DNA from: the human T2T-CHM13v2.0 reference genome, Homo sapiens
Length of the DNA: 64,000 nucleotides
Strand: one strand, 5' to 3'
Assembly: GCF_009914755.1 (NCBI RefSeq)
Contig: NC_060925.1
Shown: positions 30,001 through 61,909 of the stretch, piece by piece
How positions within the stretch are numbered: position 1 is the first letter of the stretch
Layout of the letters: every line of letters starts with the position of its first letter
The notes under the pieces: generated by a model
Told to the model about the DNA's origin: nothing
The model's database searches: none
The model's input: only the letters and a program-made list of their open reading frames with translations
Translations under genes and position numbers: made by a program

Positions 30001-32810
30001 ATTTGATTGCACTGTGGTCTGAGAGATAGTTTGTTATAATTTCTGTTCTTCTACATTTGCTGAGGAGTGCTTTACTTCCAACTATGTGGTCAATTTTGGA
30101 ATAAGTGCAGTGTCGTTCTGAGAAGAATGTATATTCTGTTGATTTGGGGTGGAGAGTTCTGTAGATATGTATTAGGTCTGCTTGGTGCAGAGATGAATTC
30201 AATTCTTGGATATCGGTTGTTAACTTTCTGTCTCATTGATCTGTCTAATGTTGACAGTGGGGTGTTAAAGTCTCCCATTATTATTGTGTGGGAGTCTAAG
30301 TCTCTTTGTAGGTCTCTAAGGACTTACTTTATGAATCTGGGTGCTCCTATATTGGGTGCATATATATTTAGGATAGTTAGCTCTTCTTGTTGAATTGATC
30401 CCTTTACCATTATATAATGGCCTTCTTTGTCTCTTTTGATCTTTGTTGGTTTAAAGTCTGTTTTATTAGAGACTAGAATTGCAACCCCTGCCTTTTTTTT
30501 GTTTTCCATTTGTTTGGTAGATCTTCCTCCATCCCTTTATTTTGAGCCTATGTGTGTCTCCACATGTGGGATGGGTTTCCTGAATACAGCACACTGATGG
30601 GTCTTGACTCTTTATCCAATTTGCCAGTCTGTGTCTTTTAGTTGGAGCATTTAGCCCATTTACATTTAAGGTTAATATTGTTATGTGTGAATTTGATCCT
30701 GTCATTATGATGTTAGCTGGTTATTTTGCTCATTAGTTGATGCAGTTTCTTCCTAGCATTGATGGTCTTTACAATCTGGCATGTTTTTGCAGTGGCTGGT
30801 ACTGGTTGTTCCTTTCCATCTTTAGTGCTTCCTTCAGGAGCTCTTGTAAGGCAGGCCTGGTGGTGACAAAATCTCTCAGCATTTGCTTGTCTGTAAAGTA
30901 TTTTATTTCTCCTTCACTTAGTTTGGCTGGATATGAAATTCTGGGTGGAAAATTCTTTTCTTTAAAAATGTTGAATATTGGCCTCCACTCTCTTCTGGCT
31001 TGTAGAGTTTGTGCCGAGAGATCAGCTGTTAGTCTGATGGGCTTCCCTTTGTGGGTGACCTGACCTTTCTCTCTGGCTGTCCTTAACATTTTTTCCTTCA
31101 TTTCAACTTCAGTGAATCTGACAATTATGTGTCTTGGAGTTGCTCTTCTTGACGAGTATCTTTGTGGCATTCTTTTTATTTCCTGAATCTGAATGTTGGC
31201 CTGCCTTGCTAGATTGGGAAGTTCTCCTGGATAATATCCTGAAGAGTGTTTTCCAACTTGGTTCCATTCTCCCCGTCACTTTCAGGTACACCAATCAGAC
31301 ATAGATTTGGTCTCTTCACATAGTCCCATATTTCTTGGAGGCTTTGTTCATTTCTTTTTATTCTTTTTTCTCTAAACTTCTCTTCTCACTTCATTTCATT
31401 CATTTGATCTTCCATCACTGATACCCTTTCTTCCAGTTGATTGAATCGGCTACTGAGGCTTATGCATTCATCACGTAGTTCTCGTGCCATGGTTTTCAGC
31501 TCCATCAGGTCCTTTAAGGACTTCTCTACATTGGTTATTCTAGTTATCCATTCGTCTAATCTTTTTTCAAGGTTTTTTACTTCTTTGCCATGGGTTCAAA
31601 CTTCCTCCTTTAGCTCAGATAAGTTTGATCGTCTGAAGCCTTCTCTCAATGCATCAAAGTCATTCTCCGTCCATCTTTGTTCTGTTGCTGGTGAGAAGCT
31701 GCGTTCCTTTGGAGGAAGAGAGGCGCTCGATTTTTAGAGTTTCCAGTTTTTCTGCTCTGTTTTATCCCCTTCTTTGTGGTTTTATCTACCTTTGGACTTT
31801 GATGATGGTGACGTACAGGTGGGGTTTTGGTGTGGATGTCCTTTCTGTTTGTTAGTTTTCCTTCTAACAGTCAGGACCCTCAGCTGCAGGTCTGCTGGTG
31901 TTTGCTGGAGGTCCACTCCAGACCCTGTTTGCCTGGGTATCAGCAGTGGAGGCTGCAGAACAGTGAATATTGGTGAACAGCAGATGTTGCTGCCTGATCA
32001 TTCCTCTGGAAATTTTGTCTCAGAGGGGTACCTGACCATGTGAGGTGTCAGTCTGCCCCTACTGGGGGTGCCTCCCAGTTAGGCTACTTGGGGGTCAGGG
32101 ACCCACTTGAGGTGGCAGTCTGTCTGTTCTCAGATCTCCAGCTGCATGCTGGGAGAACCACTACTCTCTTCAAAGATGCCAGACAGGGACATTTAAGTCT
32201 GCAGAGGTTTCTGCTGCCTTTTGTTTGGCTATGCCCTGCCCCCAGTGGTGGAGTCTACAGAGGTAGGCAGGACTCCTTGAGCTGCAGTGGGCTTCACCCA
32301 GTTCGAGCTTCCCGGCCGCTTTGTTTACCTACTCAAGCCTCGGCAATGGTGGGCGCTCCTCCCCTAGCCTCACTGCCGCCTTGCAGTTTGATCTCAGACT
32401 GCTGTGCTAGCAATGAGTGAGGCACCTTGGGTGTAGGACCCTCCAAGCCAGGCACAGGATATAGTCTCCTGGTGTGCCATTTGCTAAGACCATCAGAAAA
32501 GTGCAGTATTAGGGTGGGAGTGACCCAATTTTCCAGGTGCCATCTGTCACCCCTTTCCTTGGCTAGGAAAGGGAATTCCCTGACCCCTTGCACTTCCCGG
32601 GTGAGGCGATGCCTCGCCCTGAATTGGCTCATGCTCGGTGTGCTGCACCCACTGTGCTGCACCTACTTTCCTGCACCCACTGTCTGACAATACCCAGTGA
32701 GATGAACCCAGTACCTCAGTTGGAAATGCAGAAATTATCCATCTTCTGCATTGCTCACGCTGGGAGCTGTAGACTGGAGCTGATCCTATTCAGCCATCTT
32801 GGAACTGCCC
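30001..32810 (-). mobile_element. L1PA 5' half (5'UTR, ORF1, ORF2 endonuclease), 3' end missing
   Basis: ORF2 start MTGSNSHITILTLNVNGLN at 30705; ORF1 fragments; 5' end CAAGATGGCTGAATAGG on minus strand near 32800. Confidence 0.92.
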
Positions 32811-32811
32811 C

Positions 32812-34135
32812 CACTCTTTTTTGTTGATGTTGTTGTTGTTTCCTGTTTTTTGTTTTTCTTTTAACTCTCAGGCCACTCTACTGTAGGGCTGCTGCAGTTT
32901 GCTGGCAGTGCACTGCAGACCTTTGTTGCTTCGGTGGGATACCTGGAGGTATCACATGTGAAGGCTGTGAAACAGCAAAGATGGAGGCCAGCTCCTTCCT
33001 CTGGAAGCTCTGTCCCAGCGGGGTACTGAGTTGTTGCTGGCCTGAATGCACCTGGAAACCCCTGTTGGGAGGTCTCACTCAGTCAGAAGAGCAGGATCAG
33101 GGACCAGCTTAAAGAAGCAGTCTGGCTTCTTTTTAGTACAGCAGGTGTGCTGCATTGCAGCAGGGGTCCTTCCTCATCTGGACCATTTGTATTCTCTATA
33201 GCTGGCAGGCTGGAATGTCTGAGTTGGCCAAACCATGGAGATGATGGCCACGCCTCCCCTCAGGAGCTCCATCCTGGGAGAGACCAGAGCCCTATCCATA
33301 GAACCCTGGCTGGAGTGATGGAAGCCCCCACAGGGAGATCTCACTCAGTGAGAAGGAATGGATCAGGGTCCTGCTTAAAGAAGCAGTCTGACCACAATCT
33401 GGCAAGGCAGCTGTGCTGCTTTGTGGGAGATCCTTCCTTGTCTGGACCATTTGTATTCTCCAAAGCCGGCAGACTGGAACAGCTGAGTCTACCAAACTGC
33501 AAAAATGGCTGCCACTCCTCCCACTAAAAACTCAACACTTTTCAGGCAGATTCCAGGCTGCTGCTGTTGGTTGGCTAGAATTCCAAACCAGTGGGTTTTA
33601 ACCTGTGAGATGCCATGGAAATGGGGCCCACAGAATGACAGTGCTTGGCTCGCCGGATTCAGCCCTCTTCCTAGGGATATGTATGGTTGGATTTTCTGCC
33701 TTGCCAAGGATCCCAGGGCTGGATTATGTAAAACTCCTGGGTTGCTGTGTGGGCCTGAGTTGCTGCTCTGCTGAGACTCCACACAGCTCTGTGTATCTGA
33801 CCCAAGGCCCTAGTGGCTTGGGCTCACTAGAGGATCTCCTGGTCCATGGGTTTTAAAGATCCATGGGAGAAGTGTGGTTTCCTGGGTGGGGTCGTACAAT
33901 CAGTCACTGCTTCTCTTGGCTGGGGGTTGGGGTTTCTTTGGCTCTGTGCCACTTCTGGGTGGGCCATTGCCTTCCTCTTTCTTTTCTTCATTCTCCATGG
34001 GCTGAATTGTTTGCCTAGTCAGTCCCAAGGCAAGAACCTGGATATTTCAGTTGTAGGCACTGAATTCACTCGCCCCTTTTCATTTCTCTTCATGAGTGCC
34101 ATGGACTGCAGCTGCTTATAATCAGCCATCTTGGA
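32812..34135 (-). mobile_element. Older L1 5'UTR fragment with internal repeats
   Basis: Ends CAGCCATCTTGG; duplicated monomer-like units at about 33060-33240 and 33330-33510. Confidence 0.75.
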
Positions 34136-34369
34136 CAAAATCCCATTCACAATTAACATTAGATATATTAATAATAGTTAACTTTAATATTCTCTTTAGA
34201 GAATCACTGTATTTAAGTTACAGAATATTAAAGAGAAGGGTGAATGTCATTCAATGACTTTGCATTGCCTTTGTGAGGGAAAGGTTAATGTACTTCCAAT
34301 TGTGTATAGGAGAGTTAGCAAAAGTATGACTTTGTCATAGTTTTTACTGGCAGATTAAGTAGACCCTAA

Positions 34370-34785
34370 GGGGATGTGTATAGATGCCAAATTGACAAGG
34401 TATGAAATGTGTTGTTTAATTTTACATGTTAACTTGGACAGGCTGTAATACCCAGTTATTCAATTAAATGCTATTCCAGATGTTGTGAAGAGATTTTGTG
34501 GTTGTAGTTAACATCTACAATCAGTTGACTTCAAGAAAAAGAGATAACTCTTGATAATTTATGTAGACTTAATTCAATCACTAATAGGCCTGTAGAGCAA
34601 AGCTCTAGCAGCTGAAAAAGTGGAAGAAAAGAGATTCTCCCTAGAGCCCCTCAACACCTTGGATTTGGAGCAAGAAAATCCAATTCAAATGTGAGACCTC
34701 CAGACATTTAAGACTATAAATTTCTGCTGTTTTAAGGCACTGACGTTGTGGTAGTTAATTACAGCACCAATAGGAAACTCATACA
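34370..34785 (+). mobile_element. ERVL/MaLR LTR remnants (MLT2-like then MLT1-like)
   Basis: GCCAAATTGACAAGG then TGTGTTGTTTAATTTTACATGTTAACTTG; terminal TTACAGCACCAATAGGAAACTCATACA. Confidence 0.5.
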
Positions 34786-35084
34786 AAAGCAGAAAAGCAG
34801 GCAGAAGGAATAAGAAAGAAATGGGGGCAGACAGGCTGGAGGGCAGGCAGGAGATTGGTTGCTGGATGGACAGTCTGTGATGCAGGTAGGCAGGAGAGAG
34901 GTAGAGCAGCAGATACAGAGCCTAGGGAAAGGTGAGAGAAAGAAGGGCAGACAACATGGAGTACAGAAGGGAGGATAGCAGGTAGATGGGAAGAAGGCAG
35001 GTGGGCCGATAGAAAGCAGGATGTGGGCAGACAGGCAGGAGACAGGAGCAGGGGTGAGGAAGACAGGGTGGCAGGTGGAGGCCC

Positions 35085-35280
35085 TCAGAGCTGGTCCTTG
35101 TCCCCACAATGGTTAGGGACCCTCCTGAGATGCAGGTGGATTCCACTTTTGAACTTCAGCAAAATTCATGGTATGCCGACCGGGATCCTGGTGGGATCAG
35201 GCAGCAGCTCAAAGCGGAGCAGGGTCAGGGCCATGGCCACCTTTAGCTCATTCATGGCAAATTTTTTCCCAATGCAGGTC
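35085..35280 (-). pseudogene. CYP4A26P: CYP4A last-exon (exon 12) pseudogene with heme Cys and an in-frame stop
   Basis: cag|G then [63 protein letters not shown]; 196 bp, exactly the length missing from CYP4A11 here; TGA at 35166-35168; CYP4A-like pyrimidine-rich 3'UTR at about 34790-35084. Symbol assigned from memory of cluster order. Confidence 0.88.
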
Positions 35281-36394
35281 CTGAGCCAGGCAGACAGTGA
35301 ATTGATAAGAGGCCTCAGTCCCCATTATGAGCTGGAAATTCATGAATGGTTAAAGGGTTAATCAATGGTTTGTTCACTCTTCCACAGTGTGTGGTTCTGC
35401 AGTGTGGAAGCCAAGTTCAGGTCACTGTAGGGTGAGGGTGGGCCACACTCTCAGGTTTTCCCCATGTAGAGGGATGCCCAGGGACTAGGATCCTTAGGAA
35501 GGGGCCCAGATGGGTGGGCAGGGGAGTCAGAAGGGCACTAGAAATTTTTCTGAAGGGGCACTTTGTGGATGGATGGTCCTCAGCTGCTGCCTCACTTGCT
35601 TCCCAGTCTAGGGGCCAGGCTTCTGCCTCCCCTTACTCCTTCATTACCCATGCCTGTAGCCTTATAATTCTACTCCAGAAATGTCCCTCCTTGTTGTCCA
35701 ACAATCTTCTTGCCTGGACTCTCTGGCGTCCCTGCTTCCCCTTTCTCCACACTGAAGCCACATCCCAGCTTAGACCCTCCCATGCTCTTCATCACAGCTG
35801 GGCAGCATCCTAATGCCCCAGCTGTCAGCCAGCCCTCCATGGACTGTTGCCTCGCCCACCTCTTACCTGTGCAGCCCATGTCCTTGTCCCATACATGTAG
35901 AGATGGCTGAGAACATTCTCCTTCCACCACTGCCTGTAACATCCTCAAGGCTATGGCCAGGGACCTGCCTCTCACCTTCTGCTGGCTGTGCCTCTCCCTC
36001 CCCAGTACCCCAAGGCAGCTTTTTCCCTTATCCATGAACAGTCACAGTCCAGTGCCTAGGATAGCACCATGAACACTCAACGAGGCACTCAGTGATTGAG
36101 TGAGTGAGTGAGTGAGTGAGTGAAAGGATGGATGAGGGAGCAATGTTTGTCTGAAGCACAGGATGTGTTTCTATATAACACGTTTTGTCCTTGACTGTAC
36201 TTAGAGGCAAGAGCAGTGCCTTGTATCTTTGTTTTCCCATCATGGTGTATGGGACTTTACCCTCAGACACAGGCTTAATAGATACTGTTATATTTAAATG
36301 ACATTACTTGGGTTTTGAAAATGAATGAAATAGAATGGAATACAGTGAGAGTCAGTATTAGTTCTGAGCTCGAATTTGTGCTGCTGAATACTCT

Positions 36395-36811
36395 TGGTAT
36401 GGTTTCGCTGTTGGTCCCCTCCAAATCTCATGTTGAAATGTGATTCCATTTTGGAGATGGGTTGGGTGGGAGTTGATTGGATCATGGGGGCAGATCCCTC
36501 ATTATGGTTTAGCACTATACCACTGGTGATCAGTGAGTGAGTGCTCAGTTTGTTCACAGGAGATCTGGTTCTTTAAAAGAGTCTGGGACTTCCCTGCACC
36601 CGCTCTCTTGCTCCTGTTCCCACCACGTGACATGCTGGCTCCCCTTCGCCTTTGCCGTGAGTGAAAACTTACTGAGGCCCTCACCAGAAGCAAATGCTGG
36701 CACTTCATGTCTTGTACATCCTGATGAACCATGAGTAAAATAAATATCTTTTCTTTATAAATTACCCTGTCTCAGATAATCCTTTATAGCAATGCAAGAG
36801 TGGTCTAATGG
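36395..36811 (+). mobile_element. MST-type MaLR solo LTR
   Basis: TGGTATGGTTT...CCAAATCTCATGTTGAAATGTGAT...TTCTTTATAAATTACCC...TTTATAGCAATGCAAG. Confidence 0.8.
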
Positions 36812-37772
36812 AACTCGTCCTGTCCTCTAGTGGCAGCAAACCAATTGGCAGCCAATATTTTGGAGGAAGTACTCATCCTGGGATAAACCAATGCTGAGAA
36901 AGGACTTTCTGGAAGAACAATTTGCTTAAAACCTGTTCTGGGAAAGTGAATTCATCATTGGAAGGATTCTCATAAATTACTTTTTCTAAAAAACTTATTT
37001 CTACTATTTACATTGTTTTTGGCATTCATATTTCTCAGGACGATTCCTGCAGTCTTTGAAGATTTCCACAGAAGCAATTATAGAGTGTACCTGTCCAGTT
37101 CAACAGCTATATTATGTGTCTTCTGTATTTCACATACGAGGAGCATTTAAAGGCTATGTAGCATATCCTAAAAAGGCCTTTCCCCACAGTCAGTTTATTG
37201 TCATTTTTATGTTTTTGCTAATGATGTGCTAAGTGAAATATAGGACTATGGTACAGAGATTCTACTGGGTGTACAGAACTTGCCAAATGGAAATGGAGAT
37301 GTAATTATATGAACATTACTATGTAGTGAAAATTTTGTTGGGCAAGATAACCAAGTGTGTGAGACAACACACATCGGTTAAAACTTTTTGCAAAGGACTT
37401 TGTTAACCTTTCATTTGTATGACTCCAAAAGTAAGACTAGCAAGGTGTCTGAATTCTAAACATAGGCAAAGACTTCAATGATTCAACTCTATGTAGACTG
37501 GTGAATTAAGTCAAAAGGTGGTGTGCTGCATTGGGAGTATGTGAGGAGAGAGAGAAATCAACTCCTTAATATTTTTGAAAATTGAGAAAAACAAACACCT
37601 GAAGTTGAATTTATTATGTACTATCTAATTCTGACAAGTCATATTTCTAAAGTGAAGAAAACACTAGGATACAGTGAAATTTGGAAGACCCACTGACAGT
37701 AAATGCTGGCTGGCCATTGGGAAACAGGAGAAGGAGCAATGACTCCATGGTGTTCTCTGAAATGCCACCTTT

Positions 37773-37933
37773 CTTTAGTGCAAGAGACATTTACACAAGG
37801 TCGTTTTCTTACAAACACCAACATTCAAGGACAAAACTGAAGATGCCACGTATGAACATAGGGGCCCAGAGACTCTGCCTCCTTCCCTACTCCCATTACC
37901 ATACAGGAAGACTCACCTTGATCCTATTGAGAA
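37773..37933 (-). pseudogene. CYP4A exon 11 stub (17 bp, FSIGSR) with donor site and start of intron 11
   Basis: 37773-37933 aligns with window 1-186 (e.g. CTGAAGATGCCAC.TATGAACAT and CTCACCTTGATCCT..TGAGAA). Confidence 0.85.
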
Positions 37934-38295
37934 TGTTACAATATTGAGTCTATGTTAAAGAAAAATTTTGCTTGCTTGAGGATAATTGCTGCTTTAAGTT
38001 TATAGACTAATCATTAAAAACAGCCTCAGAAAAGCCAGACCTGCAACAGTGGTAAAAGAGAAATGTGCTGTGTAGGAATTCTGGGAACAAGTTGACCAGC
38101 TGTTTTAACCACCAGATAATAGTCTTGTGGCACCTGCAGAAGGTCATAAGATGCTAACCAAGACAGCAACAATTAAGTGCCTCCCTGAGATTGCACACGC
38201 AGCTGCTGCACAAGAATGCTTTGACTATTACTTACAGTTTTCCTAATTTTCCTTAAAAACCCCTGGTGTGAAGGCACAACTCAGAGAGGTGGTTT
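37934..38295 (+). mobile_element. Probable LTR fragment, family not identified
   Basis: Starts with TG exactly where CYP4A homology stops; LTR-like CTTAAAAACCCC element; cut off by an L1 tail. Confidence 0.4.
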
Positions 38296-38299
38296 TTTA

Positions 38300-51785
<13,486 letters not shown>

Positions 51786-51819
51786 TAAAAAAAAAAAAAA
51801 AAAAAAAACCAGGAGAGGC

Positions 51820-58460
<6,641 letters not shown>

Positions 58461-59431
58461 GAGTCAGGAGAGGCATCCCGTTAGTGGATCTGCTAATTGC
58501 ACCTCAATCAGCACTGGATTCACAGAAATGTTCCCCCTCTTGCTCCCAGAAGCAACCTTCCAGACTGCTTTTAATGCGTTCTCTCAAGGTTCAAAGAAGC
58601 CCTACACTTCAAAGAAGGCCTCATTTCTGTTAACTTATTGCCACCTACTGGCCTACGTTAAATTTTATCAAGAAACGAGAGCCTGGATTTTAATGACCAG
58701 TTGACATCATGGATTTGTAGTTTTCCAGGGAGGCTTAGCAGGGCTGTCACAAGGGGCCTCATTAATTCTCCACAGTAAGCCCCAGACGGCTGAATATTTA
58801 GCTTGTTCTTACAGGCTTTTCAAAGGGAATTCCACGCTTACCTCCCCTAGCTCATTCCTACAACTTAGCATCTCTCACTGGGCAGAAGTCCTATCCCAGA
58901 GCTAATCCCAGTTCCTCCTGCTGCAGTTAAAGCACCCTTGTTTGATTATCATCCATGGAGCTGTATACACTTAGTGGCCATCATCTGACCTCTGTATTTT
59001 CTACCTCAGAAGCCTCCACTGGGAGGGGTAGGTGAAAATCCACTTAAGGCAGAGGACACAGATGCGTTCCAAGAGGCTTGGGCTTCCCCCATGTGAGGGC
59101 CAAAGCAAGCGCAGAGCAAACTTAAAGCAGCCTCGGGAGTGACAGGAGGACAAGCCTGTTGGAAAGGAATACGCTGGCCGGCGACTCGGAGGGCACACCT
59201 CTCAGCACATTAGAGGCATTGTGATGCGTGGGAAGGAGGAGGCTTTGGAGTCTTATAGATCTGATTCTCCTCTGCAAAATAGAGACAATAATCTTAATCT
59301 TAATAAAGAGTTGGGAAAATGAAATGAGCTGGCTTTACAAAGTGCCTGGTATGAAACAGATCCCACTCAACAGACGTTATCATCCGCTCCTCTCCCCACT
59401 CCCAGGACTGTCATTAAGAAAACTCAATTCA

Positions 59432-59662
59432 GGCCAGGCATGGTGGCTAACGCTTGTAGTCCCAGCACTTTGGGAAGCCATGGTGGGCAGATCACCTGAG
59501 ATCAGAAGTTCAAGATCAGCCTGGTCAACATGGTGAAACCCTGTCTCTACTAAAAATTTTTTAAAAAATTAAATTAGCTGAGTGCGAAGGCACACGCCTG
59601 TAATCTCAGCTACTTGGGAGGCTGAGGCACGAGAATCACTTGAACCCGGGAGGCAGAGGTTG
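59432..59662 (+). mobile_element. AluS-type element, 3'-truncated without tail
   Basis: GGCCAGGCATGGTGGCT...GAACCCGGGAGGCAGAGGTTG. Confidence 0.88.
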
Positions 59663-59669
59663 AAGAATA

Positions 59670-60340
59670 TAAAAATAGACACTTTAACCAATTTAAATTG
59701 TACAGTTCAATGGCTTTAATGAAATTCATGATGATTTAGAAACCTCATTACTACCTATTTCCAAAACATTTTCTTCACTCCAACAGAAACTCTGTAACCA
59801 TTAAGCAATACTTCCCCAGTCTGACTTCCCCCAGTCCCTGGTTATTTCTAATCAACTTTCTGGATCTATGAATTTGCCTATTCCTCTACCTATAAGCGGA
59901 CTTATTACAGTATTTGTCTTTTTATGTCTGGCTATTTTCACTTAGCATACTGTTCTCAAGGTCATTCCTGCTGTTGTATGAATCAGAACTTCACTCCTGT
60001 TTGTGATGAAATAATATTGTATGTATATAGGACATTCTGTGTACCCATTTGTCTGTTAATGGACACTTGAGTTCTTTCAATCTTACATCTGTTGTGAATA
60101 ATGGTGCCATGAACATTGGCTCACAAGTATCTGTTCAAATCCCTGTTTTCAATTCTTTTGGTTATATAGCCAGGTGTGAATTTCTGGATCCTATGGCACT
60201 TGTGATTTTCTTTTTCAGGAACCACAGATCTGTTTTCCAAATTGATATGCCAATTTATATTCACCAGCAATTTGTAAGAGTTCCAATTTTCCCACATTCT
60301 GTTAAATATTTGTGATTTTCCACTAAAAATAATTATAGAC
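59670..60340 (-). mobile_element. Ancient L1M 3' end
   Basis: Degraded L1M 3'UTR motifs (GAAACTCTGTAACCATTAAGCAATA; TTTTCACTTAGCATA; AATGGACACTTGAGTT). Confidence 0.65.
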
Positions 60341-60344
60341 TTCC

Positions 60345-61756
60345 TTTTTTTATTACACTTTAAGTTTTAGGGTACATGTGCACAACGTGCAGGTTAGTTA
60401 CATATGCATACATGTGCCATGTTGGTGTGCTGCACCCATTAACTCGTCATTTAACATTGGGTATATCTCCAAATGCTATCCCTCCCCCCTCCCCCCACCC
60501 CACAACAGGTCCCGGTGTGTGATGTTCCCCTTCCTGTGTCCATGTGTTCTCATTGTTCAATTCCCACCTATGAGTGAGAACATGCGGTGTTTGGTTTTTT
60601 GTCCTTGTGATAGTTTGCTGAGAATGATGGTTTCCAGCTTCATCCATGTCCCTACAAAGGACATGAACTCATCCTTTTTTATGGCTGCATAGTATTCCAT
60701 GGTGTAGATGTGCCACATTTTCTTAATCCAGTCTATCATTGTTGGACATTTAGGTTGGTTCCAAGTCTTTGCTATTATGAATAGTGCCACAATAAACATA
60801 CATATGCATGTGTCTTTATAGCAGCATGATTTATAATCCTTTGGGTATATACCCAGTAATGGGATGGCTGCGTCAAATGGTATTTCTAGTTCTAGATCCC
60901 TGAGGAATCACCACACTGACTTACACAATGGTTGAAATAGTTTACAGTCCCACCAACAGTGTAAAAGTGTTCCTAGTTCTCCACATCCTTTCCAGCACCT
61001 GTTGTTTCCTGACTTTTTAATGATTGCCATTCTAACTGGTGTGAGATGGTATCTCATTGCGGTTTTGATTTGCATTTCTCTGATGGCCAGTGATGAGCAT
61101 TTTTTCGTGTGTCTTTTGGCTGCATAAATGTCTTCTTTTGAGAAGTGTCTGTTCATATCCTTTGCCCACTTTTTGATGGGGTTGTTTGTTTTTTTCTTGT
61201 AAATTTGTTTAAGTTCTTTGTAGATTCTGGATATTAGCCCTTTGTCAGATGAGTAGATTGCAAAAATTTTCTCCCATTCTCTAGGTGGCCTATTCACTCT
61301 GATGGTAGTTTCTTTTGCTGTGCAGAAGCTCTTTAGTTTAATTAGATCACATTTGTCAATTTTGGCTTTTGTTGCCATTGCTTTTCGTGTTTTAGACATG
61401 AAGTCCTTGCCCATGCCTATGTCCTGAATGGTATTGCCTAGGTTTTCTTCTGGGGTTTTTATGGTTTCAGGTCTAACATTTAAGTCTTTAATCCACCTTG
61501 AATTAATTTTTGTATCAGGTGTAAAGAAGGGATCCAGTTTCAGCTTTCTACATATGGCTAGCCAGTTTTCCCAGCACCATTTATTAAATAGGGAATCCTT
61601 TCCCCATTTCTTGTTTTTGTCAGGTTTGTCAAAGATCAGATGGTTGTAGATGTATGGTATTATTTCTGAGGGCTCTATTCTGTTCCATTGGTCTATATAT
61701 CTGTTTTGGTACCAGTACCATGCTGTTTTGATTACTGTAGCCTTGTAGTATACTTT
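60345..61756 (-). mobile_element. 5'-truncated younger L1PA (about L1PA3-4)
   Basis: Low-divergence 3'UTR and ORF2 C-terminus (ORF 60908-61414); no TSD found. Confidence 0.93.
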
Positions 61757-61779
61757 ATGCCCACCATTCCCTTAGTGCT

Positions 61780-61909
61780 GGCAGTGCCTGTGCAGTTAGG
61801 GCTGGGCTGCCTTCAATAGTAACAGAAGCAGGCTCAGCAGTGAGGCTCCTTGGAGGAGCCCTGAGACACCATCTGGGAGTCTGTTGGGGTTCAGCACAGA
61901 GACACTCAT
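61780..61909 (-). pseudogene. CYP4A43P: CYP4A exon-1 pseudogene, 3'-truncated, stop at codon 38
   Basis: [40 protein letters not shown] versus CYP4A11 [41 protein letters not shown]; TAA at 61796-61798. Symbol assigned from memory of cluster order. Confidence 0.88.

Noticed and set aside
32950-33520. Duplicated 180-bp unit as a novel repeat
   Set aside because: Lies within an old L1 5'UTR, where monomer-like repeats are expected.
59001-59040. CTACCTC...CCACTGGGAGGG as the missing 3' end of fossil exon 1
   Set aside because: Short, gapped similarity with no flanking intron-1 homology; likely chance.
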